A stretch of DNA of 64,000 nt, taken from positions 5,003 to 69,002 of the forward strand of contig JAEEQL010000001.1 of the NCBI GenBank assembly GCA_016285265.1, read 5' to 3'. A program made the position numbers and the translations under genes. Source of the stretch: Lachnospiraceae bacterium (GTDB taxonomy: Bacteria; Bacillota; Clostridia; Lachnospirales; Lachnospiraceae). Below the pieces are notes generated by a model, which worked only from the letters and a program-made list of their open reading frames with translations, was not told where the DNA came from and did not search any database. Position 1 is the first letter of the stretch, and every line of letters starts with the position of its first letter. Below, piece by piece: positions 29,601 through 37,972 of this stretch.

Positions 29601-30199
29601 ACGTCGGTGCCATTGAAGAGTTCAAGGAAGTATCGGCAAGATACGAATCCATGAAGACCCAGCACGACGATCTGATCGAAGCTACCGATACCCTTAACAA
29701 GATCATCGAAGAGCTTGATGAGAATATGAGAGCACAGTTCTCAGAGAAATTTGCTCTCATCAACGAAGAATACGACAAGGTATTCAGGGAACTCTTCGGA
29801 GGCGGTAAGGGAACTCTTACGCTTCAGGATGATGAGGATATCCTTGAATGCGGAATCAATATCTCGGCACAGCCTCCCGGCAAGAAGCTTCAGAACATGA
29901 TGCAGCTTTCCGGCGGTGAGAAGGCACTTTCCGCCATCGCACTTCTCTTTGCGATACAGAACCTCAAGCCTTCACCGTTCGCACTCCTAGACGAGATCGA
30001 GGCTGCACTCGATGAGAACAACGTTGCAAGATTTGCAAAATATCTGCACAAGCTTACCAAGAATACCCAGTTCATCGTCATCACCCACAGAAGAGGAACC
30101 ATGAACGAGGTTGACAGACTCTACGGTATCACGATGCAGGAGAAGGGCGTATCCTCTCAGGTTGCCGTAAACCTCATCGAAGCTGAGCTTGATAATTAA
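26639..30199 (+). CDS. smc: Chromosome segregation protein SMC
   Basis: GPNGSGKSN, long coiled coils, hinge GRATFLP, LSGGEK, LDEIEAALD. Confidence 0.98.
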   Translation: MFLKSIEIHGFKSFAQKTVLQFHEGVTGIVGPNGSGKSNIADAVRWVLGEQSVKSLRGGSMQDVIFSGTQTRKPLSYAYVAITLDNSDHALNISYEEVTVARRLYRSGESEYLLNGSPCRLKDVNELFFDTGIGKEGYSIIGQGQIDKILSGKPEERRELFDEAAGIVKFKYRKNAALKKLDSEQNNLVRVNDILAELERQIGPLERQSAKAKEWLKYKEELKTIDVNSFLLENESLRKSAADLQGRLDVASADLDNTSKEYEKVKDDYNSVRLEMEDLEEAIEKARELVTGADSNRQKLESSIELLKEQINSSKDNIVHFSERKEALLGEIEKYQAEKDSILADNESEEEQAQKVETEATLRKEALDKAQEEIQDLNSRIEEYAAGIMDELKKRSEIQGRLSHYDAVMQQIELRKAELQSKLLRARSDEEAREDTIKQYEQAFEKVSEEIAGMNKTASDLEFKVSDYRSKLTKKDEELRSLQEEYHKENSRYRALQDIAEAYEGYGNSVKKIMEQKSSEPGIIGVVADIIKVDDKYETAIETALGGNIQNIVTKDEATAKKMITFLKEGKLGRATFLPMDSVRKPEELKAKDALNEKGMLGLASDLVETDREYEEIIKFLLGRFIVADNMDNATKAARKFNYTLRVVTLEGELLMPGGSISGGAFKNNSNFLGKSREINDLKKKVAKLSADIEKAQKDIEEIRENRNTSRAELDKLKLEIQNKVIEQNTARLSLQSERDRFNEESENAVNLKQEQADIEKEIVDAANARDEAADILSESEKTEKRLREEEADLNEILKEKQAVESEAAARVNEWEVEVQKMKQAKDFKQANLTRVEESLENAGSELENLNTSIESNNTAISEKEVQIEEIRKTIEASFEEQEKSAELLKNSLSKKEELSNKQKGFFDTTEKLQEKMSSLDKEVNRLTTQRDKANETMETRINYMWQEYEITLSQAAEMRDESLNDLTVLKRDAAEVRDKIKKLGDVNVGAIEEFKEVSARYESMKTQHDDLIEATDTLNKIIEELDENMRAQFSEKFALINEEYDKVFRELFGGGKGTLTLQDDEDILECGINISAQPPGKKLQNMMQLSGGEKALSAIALLFAIQNLKPSPFALLDEIEAALDENNVARFAKYLHKLTKNTQFIVITHRRGTMNEVDRLYGITMQEKGVSSQVAVNLIEAELDN

Positions 30200-30238
30200 T
30201 GTATATGTGAAGGAAGCATTCTTTCACTGAACTGACTT

Positions 30239-31312
30239 ATGGCATTATTCGGTAAAAAGAAAGAACAACCTGAAAATGATTATTCCGAGGCACTGGCAAA
30301 GCTTTCCGCCATTGCCGATGAAGCCGAAAAGGATCCGATTGCAAGGGAGCTTCACGAAGAGATTCCGGTCGACGGCAGGCTTTACGGACAGGAAGACAAG
30401 GAAGCTTTATTTGAGCGTCTGAAGAGCGGAATGGCCCGTACAAGGGAGAGCTTCTCCGCAGGTCTTTCATCCATATTCACAGCATCGGAGATCGATGAAG
30501 ATTTCTATGATGAGCTTGAGGAATTCCTGATCGGTGCCGATGTGGGAGCCGTTCTTACAGAGGAGATCCTTGACGAACTCAGGGATAAGATAAAGGAAAA
30601 GCATCTCAAGAACCGTGCCGAGAGCAGGGACCTTCTGATCGAATCCATCAGGACAAGGATGGAAGCCGGTGAAAATGCTTATGACTTCGAAAATAAGACT
30701 TCCGTTGTCTTCGTTATCGGAGTAAACGGTGTAGGAAAGACCACCACCATCGGTAAGCTTTCATCCAAGCTGTCCGCGATGGGCAAAAAGGTACTGGTTG
30801 CGGGAGCCGATACATTCAGGGCAGCAGCGGAAGACCAGCTTAAGATCTGGGCCGAAAGAAGCGGTGTTTCGATAGTTACCGGCAAGGACGGACAGGATCC
30901 CGCATCTGTCGTATATGATGCATGTACCGCCGCAAGAGCCAGAAATACCGATGTTCTTATCATTGATACCGCAGGAAGACTTCACAATAAGAAGAACCTG
31001 ATGGATGAACTTGCGAAGATGAACCGTGTCATAGACAAGGAATTCGAAGCGGCACACAGGGAAAATCTTCTCGTACTTGATGCAACAACGGGACAGAATG
31101 CATTGAATCAGGCCCGGGAATTCAACGAAGCCGCACCGCTTTCCGGAATCATCCTTACCAAGATGGACGGAACCGCAAAGGGCGGAATCGCGATCGCCAT
31201 ACAGGCTCAGATGGGAATACCCGTTAAGTACATCGGAGTCGGGGAGAAGATCGAGGATCTTCAGAAGTTCGACGCTGATGCGTTCGTTAAGGCTATATTT
31301 GATATGGAGTAA
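30239..31312 (+). CDS. ftsY: SRP receptor FtsY
   Basis: GVNGVGKTTT, DTFRAAA, DTAGRL, TKMDGTAKGG. Confidence 0.97.
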   Translation: MALFGKKKEQPENDYSEALAKLSAIADEAEKDPIARELHEEIPVDGRLYGQEDKEALFERLKSGMARTRESFSAGLSSIFTASEIDEDFYDELEEFLIGADVGAVLTEEILDELRDKIKEKHLKNRAESRDLLIESIRTRMEAGENAYDFENKTSVVFVIGVNGVGKTTTIGKLSSKLSAMGKKVLVAGADTFRAAAEDQLKIWAERSGVSIVTGKDGQDPASVVYDACTAARARNTDVLIIDTAGRLHNKKNLMDELAKMNRVIDKEFEAAHRENLLVLDATTGQNALNQAREFNEAAPLSGIILTKMDGTAKGGIAIAIQAQMGIPVKYIGVGEKIEDLQKFDADAFVKAIFDME

Positions 31313-31315
31313 GAA

Positions 31316-32539
31316 ATGGCAAAGGAAATGCTCACACTTGATGCTTTTGAAGAAGCATCGGAAGTTGTATCGAAGGTTGTAAGGGATACAAAGCTTGTAT
31401 ACTCTGAATATTTTTCGAATCAGACAGGAAATAAGGTTTATCTCAAGCCCGAGAATATGCAGCTTACCGGCGCATATAAGGTAAGGGGTGCATATTATAC
31501 GATAAGCACTCTTTCCGATGAGGAAAGGTCTAAGGGACTGATCACGGCATCTGCGGGAAACCATGCGCAGGGTGTCGCATATGCGGCTAAGGCATACGGA
31601 GCAAAGGCTGTCATCGTAATGCCCACCACCACCCCCCTTATCAAGGTGAACCGTACAAAGAGCTACGGTGCCGAGGTCATTCTTTACGGTGACGTGTATG
31701 ATGAGGCATGTGCCAAGGCTCTTGAACTTGCTGATGAGAAGGGTTATACATTCATCCATCCTTTTGACGACTTAAGGGTTGCGACCGGACAGGGATCCAT
31801 TGCAATGGAGATCGTCCGTGAGCTTCCTCTTGTAGATTATATTCTTGTACCCATCGGAGGAGGCGGACTTGCAACGGGAGTATCTACCCTTGCCAAGCTC
31901 CTTAATCCCAAGATCAAGGTCATCGGCGTTGAACCGGAAGGAGCCGCATGCCTTAAGGCATCCTTTGAAGCGGGTAAGGTTGTAACACTCGACGGAGTAA
32001 ATACCATTGCGGACGGTACCGCGGTCAAGACTCCCGGCCAGAACCTGTTCCCTTATCTTCGGAAGAATCTCGATGATATAATCACTGTTCCCGATTCGGA
32101 GCTTGTTGTATGCTTCCTGGATATGGTCGAGAATCACAAGATGATCGTTGAAAATTCCGGGCTTCTTACCGTTGCCGCACTCAAGCATATGAATGCGGAG
32201 GGCAAGAAGGTCGTATCCATTCTTTCCGGCGGAAATATGGATGTCATAACCATGAGCTCCGTTGTTCAGAACGGTCTGATCGCAAGAGACAGGATCTTTA
32301 CCGTATCCGTGCTTCTTCCCGATAAGCCCGGCATGCTCGCCAAGGTTTCGGGCATTCTCGCCGAGCAGGGCGGAAACGTTATAAAGCTCGAGCATAACCA
32401 GTTCGTATCCATCAACAGAAATGCCGCGGTTGAGCTCCGCATCACGATCGAAGCCTTCGGGACCGAGCATAAGAACCAGATCATCGATGCACTTGAAAAG
32501 GAAGGTTACAGACCCAAAGTGGTCAAGACCAATATCTGA
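31316..32539 (+). CDS. ilvA: Threonine ammonia-lyase with C-terminal ACT domain
   Basis: ENMQLTGAYKVRGA, ASAGNHAQG, PIGGGGL, SGGNMD, PDKPGML. Confidence 0.92.
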   Translation: MAKEMLTLDAFEEASEVVSKVVRDTKLVYSEYFSNQTGNKVYLKPENMQLTGAYKVRGAYYTISTLSDEERSKGLITASAGNHAQGVAYAAKAYGAKAVIVMPTTTPLIKVNRTKSYGAEVILYGDVYDEACAKALELADEKGYTFIHPFDDLRVATGQGSIAMEIVRELPLVDYILVPIGGGGLATGVSTLAKLLNPKIKVIGVEPEGAACLKASFEAGKVVTLDGVNTIADGTAVKTPGQNLFPYLRKNLDDIITVPDSELVVCFLDMVENHKMIVENSGLLTVAALKHMNAEGKKVVSILSGGNMDVITMSSVVQNGLIARDRIFTVSVLLPDKPGMLAKVSGILAEQGGNVIKLEHNQFVSINRNAAVELRITIEAFGTEHKNQIIDALEKEGYRPKVVKTNI

Positions 32540-32582
32540 TCCGCGAAAATTCGGCGTTATTACCGGATATTAATACAGATTT

Positions 32583-32631
32583 AAGGTGTCAAGCAAAAAT
32601 GCTTGACACCTTTTCACATATATACTATTAT
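32583..32631 (+). promoter_or_regulatory. ylxM-ffh promoter with a perfect 13-bp-arm palindrome over the -35
   Basis: AAGGTGTCAAGCA-AAAA-TGCTTGACACCTT (32583-32612); TTGACA(32603)-17-TATTAT(32626). Confidence 0.75.
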
Positions 32632-32666
32632 ATGCAAGGTGCGCATTTGGGAGAGGCGAATGCTAT

Positions 32667-33005
32667 ATGAATGAGATCCTCGAAAAATCACTTCTGTATG
32701 ATTTCTACGGCGAGCTTTTGAGCGAGCACAGAAGAAAGGTATATGAAGCTTCGCTTTTTGAAGATCTTTCTCTTTCGGAGATTGCCGAATCCGAAGGTAT
32801 ATCCAGACAGGCTGTACACGATACCCTGAAGAACTGCGATAAAGCACTTATGAATTATGAATCAAAGCTTCACCTTGTCGAAAGATTCCTCAAGATCAAG
32901 GGTGAAGTTACCGAGATAGAAAAGCTTTCATCCCTTGAGGGTGATGAAAAGCGCAGGCTCACCGATATCGGCAGGATCGCGGCGAGCGTTTTGGGAGAGC
33001 TTTAA
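32667..33005 (+). CDS. ylxM: YlxM/UPF0122 DNA-binding protein
   Basis: LLYDFYGELL, DLSLSEIAE..GISRQAVHD; directly upstream of ffh. Confidence 0.93.
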   Translation: MNEILEKSLLYDFYGELLSEHRRKVYEASLFEDLSLSEIAESEGISRQAVHDTLKNCDKALMNYESKLHLVERFLKIKGEVTEIEKLSSLEGDEKRRLTDIGRIAASVLGEL

Positions 33006-34387
33006 TGGCTTTTGAAGGACTCAGTGAAAAACTGCAGAACGCTTTTAAGAATCTCCGCGGCAAGGGCAAGCTTTCCGAGGCTGACGTAAAGGAAGCGCTC
33101 AAGGAAGTCAAGGTCGCCCTTCTTGAAGCGGATGTTAATTTCAAGGTTGTTAAGAATTTTGTCAGGACCGTTGAAGAAAAATGTGTCGGAGAAGAGGTCC
33201 TGAGCGGACTCAATCCTTCACAGACCGTTATAAAGGTTGTTAATGATGAGCTTACCTCCCTTATGGGAAGTGAGACCACCGAAGTGGCTTTCAGGCCCGG
33301 TAAAGAGATCACCGTCATCATGATGGTCGGTCTTCAGGGTGCAGGTAAGACGACCGCATCCGCCAAGATGGCCGGACAGTTCATCAAAAAGGGCAAGAAA
33401 TCACTTCTTGTTGCCTGCGATATATACAGACCCGCAGCTATCGAACAGCTGAAAGTAAACGGAAGCAAGGTGGGCGTCGATGTATTCGAAATGGGTACGG
33501 ATGTAAAGCCTCCCGTTATCGCAGAGAATGCCCTTGAGAAAGCAAAGAAGGAGAACTATAACGTAGTTATCCTCGATACCGCCGGGCGTCTTCAGATCGA
33601 CGAAGAGCTCATGAACGAGCTCAAAGAGATCAAGGAAAAAGTGGGAGTTTTTCAGACCATCCTTGTAGTCGATGCGATGACCGGTCAGAATGCGGTAAAT
33701 GTTGCGAAGACCTTTGACGAAGAGATCGGAATCGAAGGAGTCATCCTTTCAAAGCTTGACGGCGATACAAGAGGCGGTGCCGCGCTTTCCATTAAGGCAG
33801 TCACCGGCAAGCCCATCCTCTATGTCGGAATGGGTGAGAAACTCACAGACCTCGAGCAGTTTTATCCCGACCGTATGGCTTCCAGGATCCTCGGAATGGG
33901 TGACGTCCTAAGCCTTATCGAAAAGGCCCAGGCCAATGTCACGACCACCGAAGAAGAAAGCCGCGGCATGATGAACCGCATGCAGAAGGGTAAGTTCGAT
34001 TTTAACGATTACCTTGAGAGCATGAAGCAGATGAAGAATATGGGCGGAATCGCATCCATCCTTTCAATGCTTCCCGGTATGGGCGTTAACGCAGCCGATC
34101 TTGAAGGAGCGATAGATGAAAAGAAGCTCCGTCAGACCGAAGCTATAATCCTTTCCATGACACCCGAGGAAAGAAGCAATCCCAAGCTGATGAATCCCAG
34201 AAGAAAGTTCAGGATCGCCAAGGGAGCCGGACTCGATATCGCCGAAGTAAACAGATTCATCAAGCAGTTCGAGCAGAGCCAGAAGATGATGAAGCAGATG
34301 GGCGGCATGGGAAAACGCGGCCGCGGAATGTTCCCCGGAATGGGAGGCATGGGCGGTTTCGGAGGAAGGAAAGGCTTTCCTTTTTAA
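33005..34387 (+). CDS. ffh: Signal recognition particle protein
   Basis: GLQGAGKTT, DTAGRL, KLDGDTRGG, RILGMGD, Met-rich M domain. Confidence 0.98.
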   Translation: MAFEGLSEKLQNAFKNLRGKGKLSEADVKEALKEVKVALLEADVNFKVVKNFVRTVEEKCVGEEVLSGLNPSQTVIKVVNDELTSLMGSETTEVAFRPGKEITVIMMVGLQGAGKTTASAKMAGQFIKKGKKSLLVACDIYRPAAIEQLKVNGSKVGVDVFEMGTDVKPPVIAENALEKAKKENYNVVILDTAGRLQIDEELMNELKEIKEKVGVFQTILVVDAMTGQNAVNVAKTFDEEIGIEGVILSKLDGDTRGGAALSIKAVTGKPILYVGMGEKLTDLEQFYPDRMASRILGMGDVLSLIEKAQANVTTTEEESRGMMNRMQKGKFDFNDYLESMKQMKNMGGIASILSMLPGMGVNAADLEGAIDEKKLRQTEAIILSMTPEERSNPKLMNPRRKFRIAKGAGLDIAEVNRFIKQFEQSQKMMKQMGGMGKRGRGMFPGMGGMGGFGGRKGFPF

Positions 34388-34462
34388 GAAAGATTGAATC
34401 CGGATTATTCCGTTTTCATATAAAAACTAATCGTATTAATTATTTTACGGAGGAATTTTAAA

Positions 34463-34708
34463 ATGGCAGTTAAGATCAGACTCAGAAGAATCGGAGAGAA
34501 GAAGGCTCCTTTCTACCGCATCATTGTTGCAGATTCAAGAAGCCCCAGAAACGGAAGATTTATCGATGAGATCGGAACCTACGATCCTTCAACCGATCCT
34601 TCAACTTTCAATATCGATGAAGAGGCAGCAAAGAAGTGGATCGCTAACGGTGCACAGCCTACCGAGGTTGTAGGAAAGCTTTTCAAGGTAGCCGGCATCA
34701 TTAAATAA
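34463..34708 (+). CDS. rpsP: 30S ribosomal protein S16
   Basis: [28 protein letters not shown]. Confidence 0.98.
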   Translation: MAVKIRLRRIGEKKAPFYRIIVADSRSPRNGRFIDEIGTYDPSTDPSTFNIDEEAAKKWIANGAQPTEVVGKLFKVAGIIK

Positions 34709-34734
34709 TCCTGCATTTTTTCCAAGGAGGCCTT

Positions 34735-34965
34735 ATGAAAGAACTTGTAGAAGTTATTGCAAAGGCTCTCGTAGATCATCCCGAAGAGGTAGTCGTTACC
34801 GAGAAAAAGGATGGAGCAGATTATCTTATCGAGCTTCATGTAGCAAGCTCCGATATGGGTAAAGTCATCGGAAAACAGGGCAGGATCGCTAAGTCCCTTC
34901 GTTCCGTTGTAAAAGCTGCAGCATCAAGGGAAAATGCAAGAGCTGATGTTGAAATAACCGATTAA
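34735..34965 (+). CDS. khpA: KH-domain RNA-binding protein
   Basis: DMGKVIGKQGRIAKSLR; between rpsP and rimM. Confidence 0.93.
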   Translation: MKELVEVIAKALVDHPEEVVVTEKKDGADYLIELHVASSDMGKVIGKQGRIAKSLRSVVKAAASRENARADVEITD

Positions 34966-34970
34966 TCATA

Positions 34971-35003
34971 GCGGACCGCATATTTCCTGCGGTCCGTATT
35001 TTA
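34971..35003 (+). terminator. Hairpin / possible partial terminator between khpA and rimM
   Basis: CGGACCGCA/TGCGGTCCG stem followed by TATTTT. Confidence 0.55.
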
Positions 35004-35008
35004 AATCC

Positions 35009-35521
35009 ATGAAAGAATACATAAAAGTAGGTACCATCACACAGCCTTTCGGGATCAAGGGAGAGACAAAGGTATATCCGGATGTCGACGATCCCGCGTA
35101 TTTCAAGAAATTAAAAAAGGTATTTTTTGAAAAAGAAGGATCATACGAAGAATTCGGGATCGAATCCGTCCGTATGGCTCTTCCTCTTGTTATAATCAAA
35201 TTCAAGGGCATTGAAGCTCCCGAAGAGATCAGAAAGTACAGACAGACCGATCTGTATGTACTGAGAAAGGATGCTCCTCCTCTCAAAGAAGGGGAACATT
35301 ATTATGCGGATCTTCTTGGGCTTGATGTAACCGACGATACCGGAGTTTACAGGGGTAAGATCACCGATATTATCGAGACCGGCGCCAATGATGTATATGA
35401 GATAACGTCGGATGACGGAAAATCTTTTCTGCTTCCTGCCATAAAGCAGTGTATACTTGATGTGGATGCAGAAGCCGGTACAATGAAGATTCATATTCTG
35501 GAGGGATTACTTGATCTATAA
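35009..35521 (+). CDS. rimM: Ribosome maturation factor RimM
   Basis: VGTITQPFGIKGE, YYADLLG, ETGANDVY, LLPAI. Confidence 0.96.
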   Translation: MKEYIKVGTITQPFGIKGETKVYPDVDDPAYFKKLKKVFFEKEGSYEEFGIESVRMALPLVIIKFKGIEAPEEIRKYRQTDLYVLRKDAPPLKEGEHYYADLLGLDVTDDTGVYRGKITDIIETGANDVYEITSDDGKSFLLPAIKQCILDVDAEAGTMKIHILEGLLDL

Positions 35522-36758
35522 GGTTCTGACACTTTTTCCCGAAATGATCAGATCGGTCATGGAAACGGGTATCATAGGACGTGCGCTTAACGAAGGGGCT
35601 CTTGGACTTGAGACCTTTAATATTCGTGAGTATGCGGATAATAAGCGTGCACAGGTTGACGATTATCCCTACGGCGGCGGTGCAGGTCAGGTAATACAGG
35701 CCGAGCCTGTTTACAGGGCATATCTCGATGCCATAGGACTTCTTCCGGATTCTGCGGGTAAAAAGAATTCTCCCGTATCCGTTTCGCTTCCCGAAAAGAA
35801 ACCCAGATGCATATATCTTTCTCCCCAGGGAAAAAGATTTGATCAGAGAATGGCAAGAGAGCTTGCTTCTGAGGATGAACTTATCTTCCTTTGCGGACAT
35901 TATGAAGGGATAGACGAAAGAGTACTCGAAGAGATAGTTACGGATTATATTTCATCGGGTGATTATATACTCACCGGCGGAGAGCTTCCCGCACTTACCG
36001 TTATGGATGCGGTTTCCAGGCTTCTTCCCGGAGTTCTCGGAAATGACGAATCTCCCGAGATAGAAACTTTTTACAGGGATCTTCTCGAATATCCCCAGTA
36101 TTCAAGGCCCGAGATATGGCACGACAAAGCCGTTCCGTATGTTCTTACGACGGGTAACCATGCAGATATTGAGACCTGGAGGCTTGAGCGCAGCATAGAA
36201 AGAACCAGGCGCGGAAGACCGGATCTGTATCTTGTCTACCGTAGTAAGGAAGAGCTCATGTCCGGGATGAAACAGGCCAGGGTCCAGAATATTCCCGCGA
36301 TAGAGGCTCTGCTTTATGACGATACCGATATCCTGTATGCGGGAGTTTCCTATTACCTGCTTCAGGATCATTACAATAAGACCCTTTATGCCGGATGCTT
36401 TGCCAAGAACAATCCGATAATCGACGGTTACGATGCCGATATCGTCAAAAGAACCATATCGGATCATCTGCACGAGGTCAGGAATATCATCCTTCTGAAT
36501 GCGCCCGATCCCATGTATGACGGAATGCTCACCGAGAAGATCATGATAGCGTTCACCGAAAAGAGTCCGCTTTCTTCACAGAGAGTCAGGGAGTACGGCT
36601 CGCTCGGAAAGCGTCTTAAGGATGAGGTTGCGGAGTCTCTTAAGAAAGGAAGGACCTATTACGAATTTATGGATCCTTCGGATAAGGAAGACATCAATAA
36701 TGCCCTCAGAATGGGCTTTTATTCGTCGAGAGTGCTGGTAAAAACGCTTGTGGACTGA
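35511..36758 (+). CDS. trmD: tRNA (guanine37-N1)-methyltransferase with ~170-aa C-terminal extension
   Basis: VDDYPYGGGAG, YLSPQG, LCGHYEGIDER, GDYILTGGE, LLEYPQY.RP; TTG start after GGAGGG. Confidence 0.95.
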   Translation: MIYKVLTLFPEMIRSVMETGIIGRALNEGALGLETFNIREYADNKRAQVDDYPYGGGAGQVIQAEPVYRAYLDAIGLLPDSAGKKNSPVSVSLPEKKPRCIYLSPQGKRFDQRMARELASEDELIFLCGHYEGIDERVLEEIVTDYISSGDYILTGGELPALTVMDAVSRLLPGVLGNDESPEIETFYRDLLEYPQYSRPEIWHDKAVPYVLTTGNHADIETWRLERSIERTRRGRPDLYLVYRSKEELMSGMKQARVQNIPAIEALLYDDTDILYAGVSYYLLQDHYNKTLYAGCFAKNNPIIDGYDADIVKRTISDHLHEVRNIILLNAPDPMYDGMLTEKIMIAFTEKSPLSSQRVREYGSLGKRLKDEVAESLKKGRTYYEFMDPSDKEDINNALRMGFYSSRVLVKTLVD

Positions 36759-36766
36759 AATTCTGC

Positions 36767-36795
36767 TTGCATTTTACGTTAACTTATGATAAATT
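36767..36795 (+). promoter_or_regulatory. Promoter of rplS
   Basis: TTGCAT-17bp-TAAATT with TGn extension. Confidence 0.6.
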
Positions 36796-36814
36796 ACCAA
36801 TGTTGCGTTAAAAA

Positions 36815-36853
36815 GGTGGTCCGCTGTTAGCTCCATAGCTATTATGAACATCC
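36815..36853 (+). ncRNA. L19 ribosomal protein leader (putative autoregulatory element)
   Basis: GGTGGTCCGCTG..hairpin..ATGAACATCC matches my recollection of the Firmicute L19 leader pattern; directly upstream of rplS. Confidence 0.65.
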
Positions 36854-36912
36854 GTAGGAGCTGTCATAAAGCGTGTACTTTATAGACAGAGCTAAGAGAA
36901 GGAGTAAATATT

Positions 36913-37260
36913 ATGTCAGACATCATTAAGGAAATTGAAAACGAACAGCTTAAGAGCGAAGTAGCTGAGTTCAGCGTAGGTGATACCGTTAAGGTTCACA
37001 ACCGCATCGTAGAGGGCGAGAAGTCCAGAATTCAGATCTTCGAGGGAACCGTTATCAAGAGACAGAACGGATCTAACCGTGAGACCTTCACCGTACGTAA
37101 GATCTCAAACGGCGTAGGCGTTGAGAAGACCTGGCCCCTTCATTCTCCCAATGTAGAGAAGATCGAAGTTGTCAGAAAGGGTAAGGTTCGCAGAGCAAGA
37201 CTTAACTACCTCAGAGACAGAGTCGGTAAGGCTGCTAAGGTTAAGGAAGCTGTTAAATAA
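36913..37260 (+). CDS. rplS: 50S ribosomal protein L19
   Basis: GDTVKVH, RIQIFEG.VI, FTVRKIS.GVGVE, GKVRRA.LNYLR. Confidence 0.98.
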   Translation: MSDIIKEIENEQLKSEVAEFSVGDTVKVHNRIVEGEKSRIQIFEGTVIKRQNGSNRETFTVRKISNGVGVEKTWPLHSPNVEKIEVVRKGKVRRARLNYLRDRVGKAAKVKEAVK

Positions 37261-37277
37261 TCTGTTTTCAGATACTG

Positions 37278-37307
37278 AAGCCGGTGCTTATGCACCGGCT
37301 TTTTTTA
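37278..37307 (+). terminator. Terminator after rplS
   Basis: AAGCCGGTGC/GCACCGGCTT stem then T-run. Confidence 0.92.
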
Positions 37308-37319
37308 TGTCCTTTTTGG

Positions 37320-37348
37320 TTCAAGAAACCACGGATTTATGGTATAAT
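37320..37348 (+). promoter_or_regulatory. Promoter of the lepB-rbgA operon
   Basis: TTCAAG-17bp-TATAAT with TGn. Confidence 0.6.
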
Positions 37349-37396
37349 ATCAGAGATTGTGCAAACGGGATTTAACTTTATTTTTGGCCTTTTAAA

Positions 37397-37972
37397 GTGA
37401 GACAGGACGGATACTATTTTTACAAAAAAAGACGAAGGTTCAGTGAGGAATTTTTGCGTGATACGGTTCACCTTATCATAGGGATCCTGATCAGTCTTCT
37501 TTTTGCGTTCATACTTGTATATTTCCTGGGAATGAGCACAACGGTATCGGGAGATTCGATGAAACCGGTGCTCGTAAGCGACCAGAAGGTGCTGGTAAAC
37601 CGCTTCATATACAAGCTTTCCCAGCCAAAACCCGGCGATGTTGTTATCTTTCTTCCGAACGGCAATGAAAATACGCATTACTATATGAGAAGGGTTGTTG
37701 CGGTTCCGGGGGACAAGGTTCTTATCGAAGACGGAGTGCTGTATGTGAACGGCACACCCTCGGATGTTGTTACCGGAAGGGTTAACGAAGCGGGACTTGC
37801 TTCGAATGAACTTACCCTTGAGCAGGGAACTTATTTTGTTCTATGCGACGATCTGAGCGATACGGATGATTCGAGGAGCGCCAATATAGGACCTGTCGAA
37901 AGCAGGTTCATACTCGGCAAAGTCTGGCTGGCTTTTCCCGAAGGTGATTCCGGGATGCATATGGTGGATTAA
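37397..37972 (+). CDS. Signal peptidase I paralog with altered catalytic Lys
   Basis: TM, SGDSM (box B), GDVVIF, YYMRRV (box D, Lys position is Arg), CDDLSDTDDSR (box E degenerate). Confidence 0.85.
   Translation: MRQDGYYFYKKRRRFSEEFLRDTVHLIIGILISLLFAFILVYFLGMSTTVSGDSMKPVLVSDQKVLVNRFIYKLSQPKPGDVVIFLPNGNENTHYYMRRVVAVPGDKVLIEDGVLYVNGTPSDVVTGRVNEAGLASNELTLEQGTYFVLCDDLSDTDDSRSANIGPVESRFILGKVWLAFPEGDSGMHMVD

Noticed and set aside
30207-30227. Hairpin between smc and ftsY
   Set aside because: Short stem with a G.U pair and no U-tract; nothing beyond a possible mRNA stability element
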